A stretch of 64,000 bases of DNA. Origin: Eubacteriales bacterium (lineage in GTDB: Bacteria; Bacillota; Clostridia; Oscillospirales; RGIG5299). Location of the stretch: NCBI GenBank assembly GCA_045542315.1, contig JAZQKU010000043.1, positions 3,041 to 67,040 of the forward strand. Reading direction: 5' to 3'. Shown here one piece after another: positions 35,369-43,764 of this stretch. The translations under genes were made by a program, and so were the position numbers. The notes beneath the pieces were generated by a model. That model was not told where the DNA came from. It made no database searches and worked only from the letters and a program-made list of their open reading frames with translations. Numbering within the stretch: position 1 is the first letter of the stretch; each line of letters begins with the position of its first letter.

Positions 35369-35440
35369 AATAACTATATAATATAGTACATTATTTTTGA
35401 GTTTTTGTAAAGTAAATTTTTTAAAAAAGAGGAATGACTT

Positions 35441-36049
35441 ATGGCAAAAAGAAAAAACAACTATGAAAAAATGGTAACTGTGGCTCTTCTTATGGCAATC
35501 GTTGCCGTTCTTCAGATAATTTGCACCTTTATAAAGTTCGGCCCCTTTTCGATAACGCTTGCGCTCACGCCCGTAGTGATCGGCGCGGCGCTTTACGGCT
35601 GGAAGGTCGGCGCAGGGCTTGGATTTGTCTTTTCCGCGGTTGTATTTATCAGCGGTATTGCAGGCTGGGACGGCGGCTTTATCAATATGATGCTTAACTA
35701 CAACGCCGTTGCAACCGTTTTGGTATGCTTCGGAAAGGGCACTCTTGCGGGGCTTTTCGCAGGGCTCATCTACCGCCCTCTTACCAAGGTTAACGATACC
35801 GCCTCTGCGGTTATAACGGGCGCTTTGGCACCGATTGTCAACACGGGACTTTTTGCCGTAACGATGCTCACCGTTTTCTGGGGCTTCCTTGCGGGAAACG
35901 CGCCTGCCGACGGTTCAATGTCGCCCGTGGCGATGCTTTTCCTTTCATGGATAGGAGTGAATTTCCTCGTTGAGCTTGTAACGAATATCGTTTTAAGCTC
36001 CGTTACCGTGAGAGTCGCGAGAATTTTTGAAAAGAAAAAGTCAAAATAA
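35441..36049 (+). CDS. ECF transporter S component-like membrane protein
   Basis: 202 aa, 6 TM helices, Gly-rich helices typical of ECF S units. Substrate unknown. Confidence 0.6.
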   Translation: MAKRKNNYEKMVTVALLMAIVAVLQIICTFIKFGPFSITLALTPVVIGAALYGWKVGAGLGFVFSAVVFISGIAGWDGGFINMMLNYNAVATVLVCFGKGTLAGLFAGLIYRPLTKVNDTASAVITGALAPIVNTGLFAVTMLTVFWGFLAGNAPADGSMSPVAMLFLSWIGVNFLVELVTNIVLSSVTVRVARIFEKKKSK

Positions 36050-36065
36050 TTTTACCGAAAATTAA

Positions 36066-36095
36066 AAAACGGGGCGTTTTGCCCCGTTTTTATTT
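36066..36095 (+). terminator. rho-independent terminator
   Basis: ACGGGGC / GCCCCGT stem plus TTTTTATTTT. Confidence 0.75.
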
Positions 36096-36398
36096 TGCCT
36101 GTTTTCACAAAAGATTGCCGAAAACCGTCGAAAAACTGCGTAAAAACGCCGCAAATTTTCACATAAAATCTCCGTTTTTGCGGGGGATCTTGCATTCGGA
36201 ACAGGGTTGAACGCGGGAGATTTTCAGCACGAAAAAAACAAAAATTTGTTGAAAGTGTCAACGGTGAGTGATTTAAGATTGAATTAAAATAAGTTTAAAT
36301 TAACTTTATAATTTTTAACGTTTAGATTAAAAATTCGCAAAATAGCCAAAAACAGGAAAAAACGGAAAAAAACGGCGGCTCGGTTTCTGCACAAGGGA

Positions 36399-36426
36399 TT
36401 GACAAATCGCATAAAAGGTATATAAT
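36399..36426 (+). promoter_or_regulatory. sigma-A type promoter of the ABC operon
   Basis: TTGACA, 16 bp spacer, TATAAT. Preceded by phased A-tracts and a TGCACAA half-site (36388-36394). Confidence 0.5.
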
Positions 36427-36485
36427 ATATATTACTGAAATTGTCGTTTCAGCGTCTATCATTTTCCCAGAAAGGATTGAAGCAA

Positions 36486-39400
36486 ATGCAAAACAAGAAA
36501 AAGCTCACCAGGCTTTTATCGGTAGTGCTTGCAGTGTTTCTCGTGTTGCCTCTCGTCTTCGGTATGACAGGCTACGCCGCCAATGAGCTTTACGGCGCAG
36601 AGAACCCCTACACCGATGAAATGATCCAAGAGCTTATGGACATCCCCTTCTACTCGGTATTGAGGAGAAAATACGAAAAGGCGGGCTACAAGGCTCCCTC
36701 CGATTCTCCCGAAAATACCATCGTGGTCAAGCCCGAGGAGATTACCACGGAAAACGGAGAAAAGGTTACTCTTTCCAACTGCGGTCCCGCAGACGGTCAG
36801 AAGAACGCTTTTTTCTGGACCTACGATAACAAAACCGCTACCTGGACCTTTGAGGTTAAGGAGTCGGGACTTTATCAGTTCAACCTCGAATACTACCTCC
36901 CCACAGGTAAGGGTGCAGATCCCGTAAGAAAGCTCACCGTTGACGGCACTAAGCTTTACTACGAGGCCGATAACCACATATTCTACCGTTATTTCAAGGA
37001 CGAAAACGGTGCTGACCGCGTTCTTAACACCGACGGCGACGAAATGCGTCCCCGCGCTATTGAGATCGACAGATGGCGCTCTGTTGACGTCGTTGATTAC
37101 TACGGCTTCTCGTCAACTCCCATTGCCATCTACTTCGAGGCAGGCACCCATTCGGTAACGATGGAGTACTACTCGGGTGATATGGCTGTCGGTGATTTCA
37201 CCGTTTTGCCGATGAAGAACTACAAGAGCTACGCCGAATATAAGGCACAGCTTGAGGCAGACGGTCTTTTCGTTCAGGCAGGCGACGTTGATCCCATCAC
37301 CTTTGAGGCTGAGTTCCACACCGAGAGAAACGGAAGCGCTATCCGCCGCGAGGCTGACGGTGACCCCGCTTGCTCTCCCTATCAGTGGGATAAGAAGATA
37401 CTCAACATCATCGGTGCGGGCACCTGGTATAAGGCCAATAAGGCTATCACCTGGACCTTCAACGTTGAAAAAGCAGGCGTTTACAAGATCGCTCTCCGTC
37501 AGTTCCAGGCTTATAACGACAATGTCTCATCTTACAGAAAGATCGAGATAGACGGCGAGGTACCCTTCGCAGAGTTTAACGAGTATGAGTTTGAGTACAG
37601 CAAGAACAAGAGCTGGAAGAACTACACTCTCAACATCGACGACGAAGCGGTATATTACTACTTCGGCGAGGGTGAGCACACCATCACCATGACGGTTGTA
37701 ATGGGCGGCTACACCGAGGTTATTCAGTCGATCTACTACGATATGCAGCTCATGACCGATTTCATGAACGATATCCGTACCATCACCGGTGCAAACCCCG
37801 ACTACAACTACGACTACGGCTTCTACGATAACGACGATAAGAGAGGCTTCAAGGTCAAGTTCCAGAAGATGAGCGACAGTATGGCCTGGAAATACGATTT
37901 CCTCGTTAAAAACTCGCGCACCGGAAAGATCCCCTCGATGGCAAACAGCTTTAAGTTCTTAAAGACCTCGTTTGACACCGCTATCAAGTATGAGTACCGT
38001 ATTGCAAAGCTCTACGATACCGACTTCTTAAGCGCACAGTCGAGCCTCTCGACCTACTACTCGCAGTTACAGTCACAGAATCTCGCGATAGACGACTTTA
38101 CGATATATAACGACAGCTACACACTTCCCAAAAGAGAAGCCACCGTCTGGCAGAAGCTTTCTTCTTCAATTAAAAACTTCTTCCTCTCCTTCACCAAGGA
38201 TTACGACAGCATCAAGGGTGTTCAGGGTGCTGCACAGCCTGAGGAGATCGTTAAGGTATGGATCGCCCGCGGTATCGACTGGGCAGAGCTCTTCAAGGAG
38301 CTTGCGGATACCACCTTCACTCCCGAATCGAAGATAGGCGTTCAGCTCTCGATCATGCCTGCAGGTCAGCTCACCGCAGGTGCTACCAACGCTCTTATGC
38401 TTGCGATCGCATCGGGTAAGAATATTCCCGACATTTGTATATCCTCCGACACCGGTTCTCCCGCAGAGTTTGCGGTTCGTGAAGCAACTCTCGACCTTAC
38501 TCAGTTTGAGGATTACGATATAGTTAAAGAGTGGTTCCTTGACGTTTGCATGAACCCCCTTACCTATACCGACGCTGAAGGTCACGCAGGCGTTTACGGT
38601 CTTCCCGAAACGATGGACTTCAAGGTATTCTTCTACCGCACCGATATATTCGAGGAGCTCGGTCTTGAGGTTCCCGAAACCAGAGAAGATATATACAATT
38701 ATATTATGCCCGCTCTCTACCGTCAGCAGATGACCGTAGGTATGGGCAGAGACGAGCTCACCTACATCCTTCAGCACGGCGGCAGCCTCTACACCGAGGA
38801 TCTTCTTTATTCGGGTCTCGGCACTCCCGAGGCATACCTCGCAATGAAGGAGCAGACCGACCTCTTCACAAAATACGCAGTTCCGATTGCGCAGGATTTC
38901 TACAACCGCTTCCGTACCGGTGAAACCCCCTGCGGTATCGGTACCTTCGCAACCTACATTCAGCTTAAGGCAGCGGCTCCCGAGCTTAACGGACGTTGGT
39001 CCATCGCATTGCTCCCGGGTCTTGAAAAGGTTAACACCGAAACCGGCGAGACCTACGTTGACCGCAGCCACAGCGGCTCGATCGCAACCGCATCCTTCAT
39101 TATGGCAATGACCGAGAAGCCCGACGAGTGCTGGGAAATTCTCAAATGGTGGATGAGCGAGGAAACCCAGACCGAGTACGGCGTATCCATAGAGGGTATC
39201 GTCGGTGAAAGCGCAAGATGGAACTCGGCGAACCTCGCCGCATTCGACAAGATGAACTGGAACGTTGAGGACCTTAAGGTCATTCGCGAAACCAGAAACT
39301 GGGTTTACGAATATCCCTACGTTCTCGGCGGTTACTTCACCACCCGTCATCTTACCAACGCATACACCAAGGTCGTTATGAGCGCAGGCAACCTCAGAGA

Positions 39401-39497
39401 TGCTCTTGAATCCGCAGTAAGAGATATCAACCGCGAGCTCAAGATGAAGCACGAGGAATACGGCCAGGGTCACCTTTATGAAACGGAGGGAGTATAA
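36486..39497 (+). CDS. giant extracellular solute-binding protein (about 1003 aa) with two N-terminal CBM-like modules
   Basis: Signal peptide; duplicated TWTFEVKESGLYQFNLEYY / TWTFNVEKAGVYKIALRQF beta-sandwich signatures; C-terminal family-1 SBP region. ATG 36486 follows GAAAGGA. Confidence 0.75.
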   Translation: MQNKKKLTRLLSVVLAVFLVLPLVFGMTGYAANELYGAENPYTDEMIQELMDIPFYSVLRRKYEKAGYKAPSDSPENTIVVKPEEITTENGEKVTLSNCGPADGQKNAFFWTYDNKTATWTFEVKESGLYQFNLEYYLPTGKGADPVRKLTVDGTKLYYEADNHIFYRYFKDENGADRVLNTDGDEMRPRAIEIDRWRSVDVVDYYGFSSTPIAIYFEAGTHSVTMEYYSGDMAVGDFTVLPMKNYKSYAEYKAQLEADGLFVQAGDVDPITFEAEFHTERNGSAIRREADGDPACSPYQWDKKILNIIGAGTWYKANKAITWTFNVEKAGVYKIALRQFQAYNDNVSSYRKIEIDGEVPFAEFNEYEFEYSKNKSWKNYTLNIDDEAVYYYFGEGEHTITMTVVMGGYTEVIQSIYYDMQLMTDFMNDIRTITGANPDYNYDYGFYDNDDKRGFKVKFQKMSDSMAWKYDFLVKNSRTGKIPSMANSFKFLKTSFDTAIKYEYRIAKLYDTDFLSAQSSLSTYYSQLQSQNLAIDDFTIYNDSYTLPKREATVWQKLSSSIKNFFLSFTKDYDSIKGVQGAAQPEEIVKVWIARGIDWAELFKELADTTFTPESKIGVQLSIMPAGQLTAGATNALMLAIASGKNIPDICISSDTGSPAEFAVREATLDLTQFEDYDIVKEWFLDVCMNPLTYTDAEGHAGVYGLPETMDFKVFFYRTDIFEELGLEVPETREDIYNYIMPALYRQQMTVGMGRDELTYILQHGGSLYTEDLLYSGLGTPEAYLAMKEQTDLFTKYAVPIAQDFYNRFRTGETPCGIGTFATYIQLKAAAPELNGRWSIALLPGLEKVNTETGETYVDRSHSGSIATASFIMAMTEKPDECWEILKWWMSEETQTEYGVSIEGIVGESARWNSANLAAFDKMNWNVEDLKVIRETRNWVYEYPYVLGGYFTTRHLTNAYTKVVMSAGNLRDALESAVRDINRELKMKHEEYGQGHLYETEGV

Positions 39498-40405
39498 TGG
39501 CATCGTCACTTGCATTAAGAAAGCCTAAAAAGGCAAAGCTTGAGAAAAACTGGGTCGGCCTTCTTTTCTTCCTTCCCTTCTTTATTCTCTTCATCGTATT
39601 TACCATCGCTCCCGTTTTAGTTGCCATGGGTCTTTCTCTTACCAATTATAATATGATACAGACCCCTGATTTCAGCGGCATCACAAACTATAAGCTTTTG
39701 TTCCTTGACGACGATATATTTATTCTCTCGCTCAAGAACACCTTTACCTTCGCAATAATCACAGGTCCCGTAGGTTATTTGATGTCCTTCGTTTCTGCAT
39801 GGGTCATCAACAACCTCAAGTTCAAGACCGGATTTGCGCTTGCCTTCTATATCCCCTCCATCACCTCCGGTGTTGCGATGTCGGTTATCTGGCTCGTTGT
39901 TTTCTCTCCCGATAAATACGGTTACTTGAACAACTTCCTTATCAACGTAGGACTTATTTCGGAGCCTATCGCATGGACGCAGGACCCCACCCAGTTAATG
40001 ACGGTTATAGTCATCATTCAGATCTGGATGAGTATGGGCGGCGGCTTCCTGGTATTCCTTGCAGGTATTCAGAACCTCAACAGAGAGCTTCTTGAATCCG
40101 GTAAGATAGACGGTATCAAGACGAAGTTCCAGGAGCTTCAGTATATCATTCTTCCCTCGATGAAGCCCCAGCTCCTTTACGGTGCTATCACCTCTGTTAC
40201 CGGCGCACTCGGCGTTTACGATATCGCGGTTGCGGTTGCGGGCTTCCCCTCACCGAACTACGCGGTACATACCATAGTTGCTCATCTTTACGACTACGCC
40301 TTCGTAAGATTCCAGATGGGCTACGCATCAGCAATAGCAGTTGTACTCTTCGCAATGACCTTTATTATAGGTAAGATCATTATGAGAGTACTCAGATCCG
40401 AATGA
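39497..40405 (+). CDS. carbohydrate ABC transporter permease (MalF-like)
   Basis: 6 TM helices with an EAA-type loop (ESGKIDGIKTKFQELQYIILP). Its ATG overlaps the SBP TAA. Confidence 0.85.
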   Translation: MASSLALRKPKKAKLEKNWVGLLFFLPFFILFIVFTIAPVLVAMGLSLTNYNMIQTPDFSGITNYKLLFLDDDIFILSLKNTFTFAIITGPVGYLMSFVSAWVINNLKFKTGFALAFYIPSITSGVAMSVIWLVVFSPDKYGYLNNFLINVGLISEPIAWTQDPTQLMTVIVIIQIWMSMGGGFLVFLAGIQNLNRELLESGKIDGIKTKFQELQYIILPSMKPQLLYGAITSVTGALGVYDIAVAVAGFPSPNYAVHTIVAHLYDYAFVRFQMGYASAIAVVLFAMTFIIGKIIMRVLRSE

Positions 40406-40421
40406 GAAAGGAGGAGCAAAG

Positions 40422-41357
40422 TTGAATTACGAATCTACAAAGGTCATTGTAAAAGACCCTTTCAAAAAACGCGTTATTGAAAAGCTTAAGGATATACGCA
40501 GAGGATTCAGACATATCACTCCGGGCTGGGTAATGCTTTACGTATTTATGATATTACTCGCAGTCTTTTGTCTCCTCCCCATCGTATATATGATTTCGGC
40601 TTCCTTGAAGCCCTACGACGAGCTTTTCTACTTCCCGCCGAGATTCTTCGTTGAAAAGCCCACCTTCGATAACTTCACAAATCTTTTCTCGGCACTTTCA
40701 AACTCCACCGTTCCCTTTACCCGTTATCTCTTTAACAGTATCGTGATCACGGTGGCAACCGTTGTCGGCACCTGCCTTGTTTGCTCGATGGGTGCTTACG
40801 GTCTTTCAAAGTTTAAGATCCCCGGCGGCAATACGATATTCAATATCATCATTGCTACCCTTATGTTCTCCCCCTACGTAACGAGAATCCCCTCCTTCCT
40901 CGTTGTTTCCAACCTGGGATTGCTTGACAGCTTTGCGGGTATCGTTATAGTTTCGGTAGGTACCTCGAGTAACTTCTTCCTTATGAAGCAGTTTATCGAC
41001 CAGTATCCCTACGAGCTTATAGAGGCGGCGAGAATAGACGGCGCAGGCGAATTCAGAATATTCTGGAAGATCGTTATGCCCGCACAGAAGCCGGCGCTCT
41101 CCGCACTTATAGTTTTCTCCTTCGTTGCGTCGTGGAACGATTACTTTACTCCCCTTATATTCCTCTCGCAGCAGTCGATGAGAACTCTCCCGTTGGCACT
41201 CCAGAGCCTTGCGGGCGGCGCGGGCGCAGCAACACTTGCAACCGCAGGTATTACCGCAGCGGCGTCACTCCTTATGACACTCCCCGTTGTAGTAATATTC
41301 GTTATAATGCAGCGTAAGGTTATTGAAACGATGACCTATGCAGGTATTAAGGGTTAA
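40422..41357 (+). CDS. carbohydrate ABC transporter permease (MalG-like)
   Basis: EAARIDGAGEFRIFWKIVMP EAA motif. TTG start follows AAGGAGG. Confidence 0.85.
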   Translation: MNYESTKVIVKDPFKKRVIEKLKDIRRGFRHITPGWVMLYVFMILLAVFCLLPIVYMISASLKPYDELFYFPPRFFVEKPTFDNFTNLFSALSNSTVPFTRYLFNSIVITVATVVGTCLVCSMGAYGLSKFKIPGGNTIFNIIIATLMFSPYVTRIPSFLVVSNLGLLDSFAGIVIVSVGTSSNFFLMKQFIDQYPYELIEAARIDGAGEFRIFWKIVMPAQKPALSALIVFSFVASWNDYFTPLIFLSQQSMRTLPLALQSLAGGAGAATLATAGITAAASLLMTLPVVVIFVIMQRKVIETMTYAGIKG

Positions 41358-41370
41358 GGAGGAACTGAAG

Positions 41371-43749
41371 ATGAAAAAAGCAAAGCGTATAATCAGTGCC
41401 CTCCTTGCAGCTCTTATGCTTGTCGTTCTCCTCACCACGAGTGTAGGAGCGGCAAGCAACAGCTACATTCCCAACGGCACCGACGGAAAGACCTCCATAC
41501 CCACCACCTATAGCGTTGAAACCGTTATAATGGAGATCGAGGTCAAAAAGCAGTTTACCTATAATAAGGTAACGGCAACTCATAAGGTCACCGATGACGA
41601 AGGCTTTACCTACGAGGTAAACGAGTGGGAAACCCTCACCTTCGAGCCCGGCGACATTATTGAATTGTCCTCACCCGAGGATCTCTTTATCGACAACGAA
41701 AACAATATGTACGTTGCCGACACCAAAAACGGCAGAATACTCAAGTTCAACCGCGATCAGGAGCTTCTCGGAATCTGGACCGGCGTTATCGCAGATAACG
41801 TTAAGACTGCCATAAAAGGCACCGGTGAAAACGCACAGAAAAAAGAAGTCATCGTTGAAGACGAATTTATCGGCTTTGCCGATCCCAAGGGCGTATTCGT
41901 TGCAGACTTTGAAAACAACACCGTTTACGTTGCAGACACCGGTAACAGAAGAATCGTTGCCCTCAATCAGGAGGACGGCTCTTGCGTAAGAATTTACGGC
42001 GTTCCGAAGTCCGACCTCATTATCGACGAGGAGATCCAGAACAACTATTCTCCCGCAAAGATAGTAAAGACCAAGACCGGCTGGCTCTACGTTGTTGTTA
42101 AGGAAGCGGTCATGACCCTTGACGATAACAACGTTTTCCAGGGCTACTACGGTCAGGCAGCGGTTGCATTCGACCTTGAGCTTGCTATCTACCGTGCACT
42201 CGGCCTTCAGGAGTATATTGACAGACAGGCAAAGACCTATGCAAGCTTCTATTTGAATATAACCCTCGGAAACGACGGAATGATCTACGCCGTTACCCAG
42301 GATAACCTCGGCGGCGAGGTAAAGAAGCTTAACTCCGTAGGCGATAACATTTACAAGAACTACGGCGGCGTCGGCGGCGGAAGCATCTACGATTCACTCG
42401 TTGCAAGCTTCTTCTCAAGCGCCACAAACCCCTTGGCTCTCCTCTTTGCAAAGACCAACATTCTCGGTGAGACCTTCTGGTTCGGCGAGCGTGTTAACGA
42501 GGACGGCCTCTACACCTTCCCCGTATTCGCAGATATCTGCGTTAATAACGACGGTATCGTAACCGTTCTGGAAAGAAACAACGGTAAGCTTTATCAGTAC
42601 GACGCAGAGGGCAACTGCCTCACCGTTTTCGGCGGACTCGGCGCTTCGAAGGGTACCTTCGAATATCCCGAATCACTCGCTACCGACTCTGAAGGCAACA
42701 TCTACGTTCTTGATAAGAACTTAAACTCCATTCAGATATTCAAGCCCACTGCCTTCATCAAGCTCGTTCACTCTGCTGTTAAGCAGTATTCAGAGGGTCA
42801 GTACGACGCAGCCTCCGAGACCTGGAAGGAAGTCCTCAAGATGACCTCCACCTACGATATGGCTCACGTCGGCCTTGCAAAGACCGAATTCAAGGACGGC
42901 AACTACGACAAGGCAATGGACCTCTACTATCTCGCACAGGACCGTGCAGGCTATTCGCAGGCATTCTCCGAATGGCGCCGCGAGGCATTCAGAAACTATT
43001 TCCCCCTTATTATAATAGGTATAGCGGCAATAGGATTTGCATTTATAATGCTCATTAAGGGCATCAACAAGACCGCAGACCTTGCTCTCTCCTTCTCCTC
43101 CGAGGAAGGCAGAAAGAAATGGTCGGCAAAGAAGAACGCGCAGATATTCGTTGGAACGATACGCTCGCCCTTCAAGCTGTTTGACAGCGTAAAGGGTGCA
43201 AACGCAAAGCTTATGTGGTGGCCTCCGATAGTGGTTTACGCTCTCGTGGTCGTTGTAAGAATCGCTTACATCTTCCTCGTCCACTACCCGCTTGCGGATA
43301 TCGAGCCCAGAAACGCAAACATTCTTCTTGAAATAATCAAGATGCTCATTCTCCCGATTACCTGGTCTGCCGCATCTATCGCGGTAACCTCTATCTGGGA
43401 CGGTGAATCGAGATTCAAGGAAATCTTCTATGCAACCGCAATGGCACAGATTCCTTACATCTTCGTAACCACCCTTCTCATTCCCTTGAGCCACGGCCTC
43501 TGCCAGGAAGAATACGATATTTACAGCTCTCTTATTCAGATAGCTTCTTATTGGGTAATATTCCTCATGCTCGGATCGCTCAAGAGTCTTAACGATTACA
43601 GCGTTGGAAAGACCATCCGCGTTGCAATAGTAATTCTTATTATGATGGCTCTTATCTGGCTCGTATGTATCCTCGGCGTCACCCTCATCGGCCAGGTTAT
43701 CAACTTCTTCGAGAGCATTGCTCTTGAAATCCGAATGATGTTACTGTAA
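41371..43749 (+). CDS. NHL-repeat / TPR / Yip1-domain membrane protein
   Basis: Signal peptide; NHL blades (NMYVADTKNGRILKFN, TVYVADTGNRRIVALN, NIYVLDKNLNSIQIF); TPR-like segment (GQYDAASETWKEVL...GNYDKAMDLYY); C-terminal 5-TM Yip1-like region. Confidence 0.7.
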   Translation: MKKAKRIISALLAALMLVVLLTTSVGAASNSYIPNGTDGKTSIPTTYSVETVIMEIEVKKQFTYNKVTATHKVTDDEGFTYEVNEWETLTFEPGDIIELSSPEDLFIDNENNMYVADTKNGRILKFNRDQELLGIWTGVIADNVKTAIKGTGENAQKKEVIVEDEFIGFADPKGVFVADFENNTVYVADTGNRRIVALNQEDGSCVRIYGVPKSDLIIDEEIQNNYSPAKIVKTKTGWLYVVVKEAVMTLDDNNVFQGYYGQAAVAFDLELAIYRALGLQEYIDRQAKTYASFYLNITLGNDGMIYAVTQDNLGGEVKKLNSVGDNIYKNYGGVGGGSIYDSLVASFFSSATNPLALLFAKTNILGETFWFGERVNEDGLYTFPVFADICVNNDGIVTVLERNNGKLYQYDAEGNCLTVFGGLGASKGTFEYPESLATDSEGNIYVLDKNLNSIQIFKPTAFIKLVHSAVKQYSEGQYDAASETWKEVLKMTSTYDMAHVGLAKTEFKDGNYDKAMDLYYLAQDRAGYSQAFSEWRREAFRNYFPLIIIGIAAIGFAFIMLIKGINKTADLALSFSSEEGRKKWSAKKNAQIFVGTIRSPFKLFDSVKGANAKLMWWPPIVVYALVVVVRIAYIFLVHYPLADIEPRNANILLEIIKMLILPITWSAASIAVTSIWDGESRFKEIFYATAMAQIPYIFVTTLLIPLSHGLCQEEYDIYSSLIQIASYWVIFLMLGSLKSLNDYSVGKTIRVAIVILIMMALIWLVCILGVTLIGQVINFFESIALEIRMMLL

Positions 43750-43764
43750 AGGAGGCAATGAATT

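Noticed and set aside
35323-35440. Possible riboswitch upstream of the ECF S-component gene
   Set aside because: The promoter (35340-35368) leaves a leader of only about 70 nt that is AT-rich, unstructured and without any motif I recognise.
36052-36261. 69-aa minus-strand ORF in the intergenic region before the ABC operon
   Set aside because: It overlaps the terminator and the A-tract low-complexity DNA, has no RBS, and its peptide (F/K/R-rich) looks like translated A/T runs.
38166-39515. 449-aa minus-strand ORF inside the giant SBP gene. Similar cases occur at 44746-45618(-), 46057-47025(-), 50919-51848(-), 50277-50912(-), 58619-59368(+), 60567-61205(+) and 61966-63294(+).
   Set aside because: All are antisense shadows of confidently identified genes (SBP, DUF5696-like, glmS, gpmI, pgk, glyQS). 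The stop-poor antisense frames are a by-product of codon bias. None has motifs or sensible starts.
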